64,000 nucleotides of DNA from Vicugna vicugna (Eukaryota): the NCBI GenBank assembly GCA_013265495.1, contig MU058221.1:4820066-4884065 (forward strand). The letters run 5' to 3'. Each line of letters begins with the position of its first letter. Position 1 is the first letter of the stretch. Under the pieces are notes generated by a model, which worked only from the letters and a program-made list of their open reading frames with translations, did no database searches and had not been told where the DNA came from. Made by a program: the position numbers and the translations under genes. Positions 63,060 to 64,000 of the stretch are shown one piece after another.

Positions 63060-63375
63060 GTGTGAAACCACGGTGTCGGCAGGGTTTCTCCTGAGGTCTG
63101 CGAGGGGAGGATCTGTCCCAGGCCTCTCTCCACGGCTCACAGGGGCCGTCTCCTCCCTGCGTCTCTTCACATCTTCCCTCTGCCCGTGTCTGTGTCTACG
63201 CTTCCCCCTTTTATAAGGACACAAGTCATATTGGGTCAGGATCCACCCTGATGACCTCCTCTTAACTTGACTGCCTCTGCCTCTGGGAAGACCCTGTCTC
63301 TAAATGAGATCGTATTCTGAGGTCCTGGGAGTGAGGACTTCAGCATATCTTTTGGAGGGACATACAATTCAATGT
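63060..63375. mobile_element. MaLR LTR fragment (MLT1B/C-like)
   Basis: ggtgtcggcaggg..ggaggatctgtcccaggcctctctcc..ttttataaggacacaagtcatattgg..ttctgaggtcctggg..ggacttcagcatatcttttggagggacatacaattcaa. Confidence 0.75.
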
Positions 63376-64000
63376 TTAAACTAATGCTCTCCAAGCTCGC
63401 CACCTGAGCTGCAGCTTTTAATGGGTGGAGCCCCACAGTAGAGTTTCCTTTACCCCCAAATCACTCAGAGCACGGAGACCAGGGCCTGTCGCTTCTCAGC
63501 ACCCCGCACTAACTGGCCAAGGGACTGACATCTGTTCCCTGGTTCTGGGGACACTTGGAGGACGATGGTTTACGTTCAGGCTTCCCCAGGGATGGATTTA
63601 TTTCCCCACAGCGGCAGGAGCAGCCGAGAGGCCGGAGGTAGAGGTGAGCCATGAGGGGTGGGCCTCCCTGCCCCAAGTAAAAGCCAGAGTCATGTGCTGG
63701 TGTTAAGCATCGGTTTGAGTGGATGCGCGAAAACGCTTCGGATGGAGGGCCTGTGTTGGTGGAGGTCCTGCTTTGGAAAGTACAGACTTTATCGCTGGTA
63801 AATGGTGAGGGAGTTGACGAGGGTGTGGAGTGAAAGCAGGCTTTCTCAGCCGTGGAAGTCACACATCAGCTGCTCACTCCTAAGGTTCTTAACGTGAGTC
63901 TGTCCACGGCCAGAATTTGGCGAGGGCTCTGAAAACTTTGATGGGGAAAAAAGTTACATCTTATTTTCGCAGCCTGAAAGTTTGCGTTTCCTTCGATTAT

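Larger units (their letters stand above)
39471..64000 (+). other. TCF7L1: TCF7L1 intron 3 (continues beyond the window)
   Basis: The next expected exon (YLQMKWPLLDVP..) does not appear in the ORF track and I did not find it by eye; this intron is very large in mammals. Confidence 0.85.

Noticed and set aside
1..64000. CRISPR arrays, operons or other prokaryotic/viral defence systems
   Set aside because: The sequence is clearly mammalian; I saw no regularly spaced repeat-spacer arrays or dense intronless gene clusters.

Overview
Mammalian genomic DNA, most likely a camelid (eight copies of a tRNA-Ala-derived Vic-1-like SINE plus matching L1 3' tails). It holds the last coding exon and 3' UTR of KCMF1 (+ strand, ~1.7-3.9 kb). 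A ~34 kb repeat-dense intergenic interval follows, with L1 pieces, ERV-L gag/pro/pol/dUTPase remnants, MaLR/ERVL LTRs, hAT MITEs and a full-length processed FTL pseudogene that still carries its IRE. Next come the CpG-island promoter and coding exons 1-3 of TCF7L1 (+; the start codon falls in a 63-N gap) and ~24.5 kb of TCF7L1 intron 3. The KCMF1-TCF7L1 order matches the conserved mammalian synteny as I recall it. I see no convincing novel protein-coding system; almost all other listed ORFs are noise or repeat-derived. Best leads: a stop-free, in-frame TCF7L1 intron 2 containing an in-frame ATG; a sharp GC3 switch inside the last KCMF1 exon; candidate autoregulatory and pluripotency enhancers in TCF7L1 intron 3; a nested inverted L1-tail hairpin; and an FTL pseudogene IRE mutated at the bulged C. 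Repeat family names and boundaries were assigned by eye from remembered consensus sequences and are approximate.
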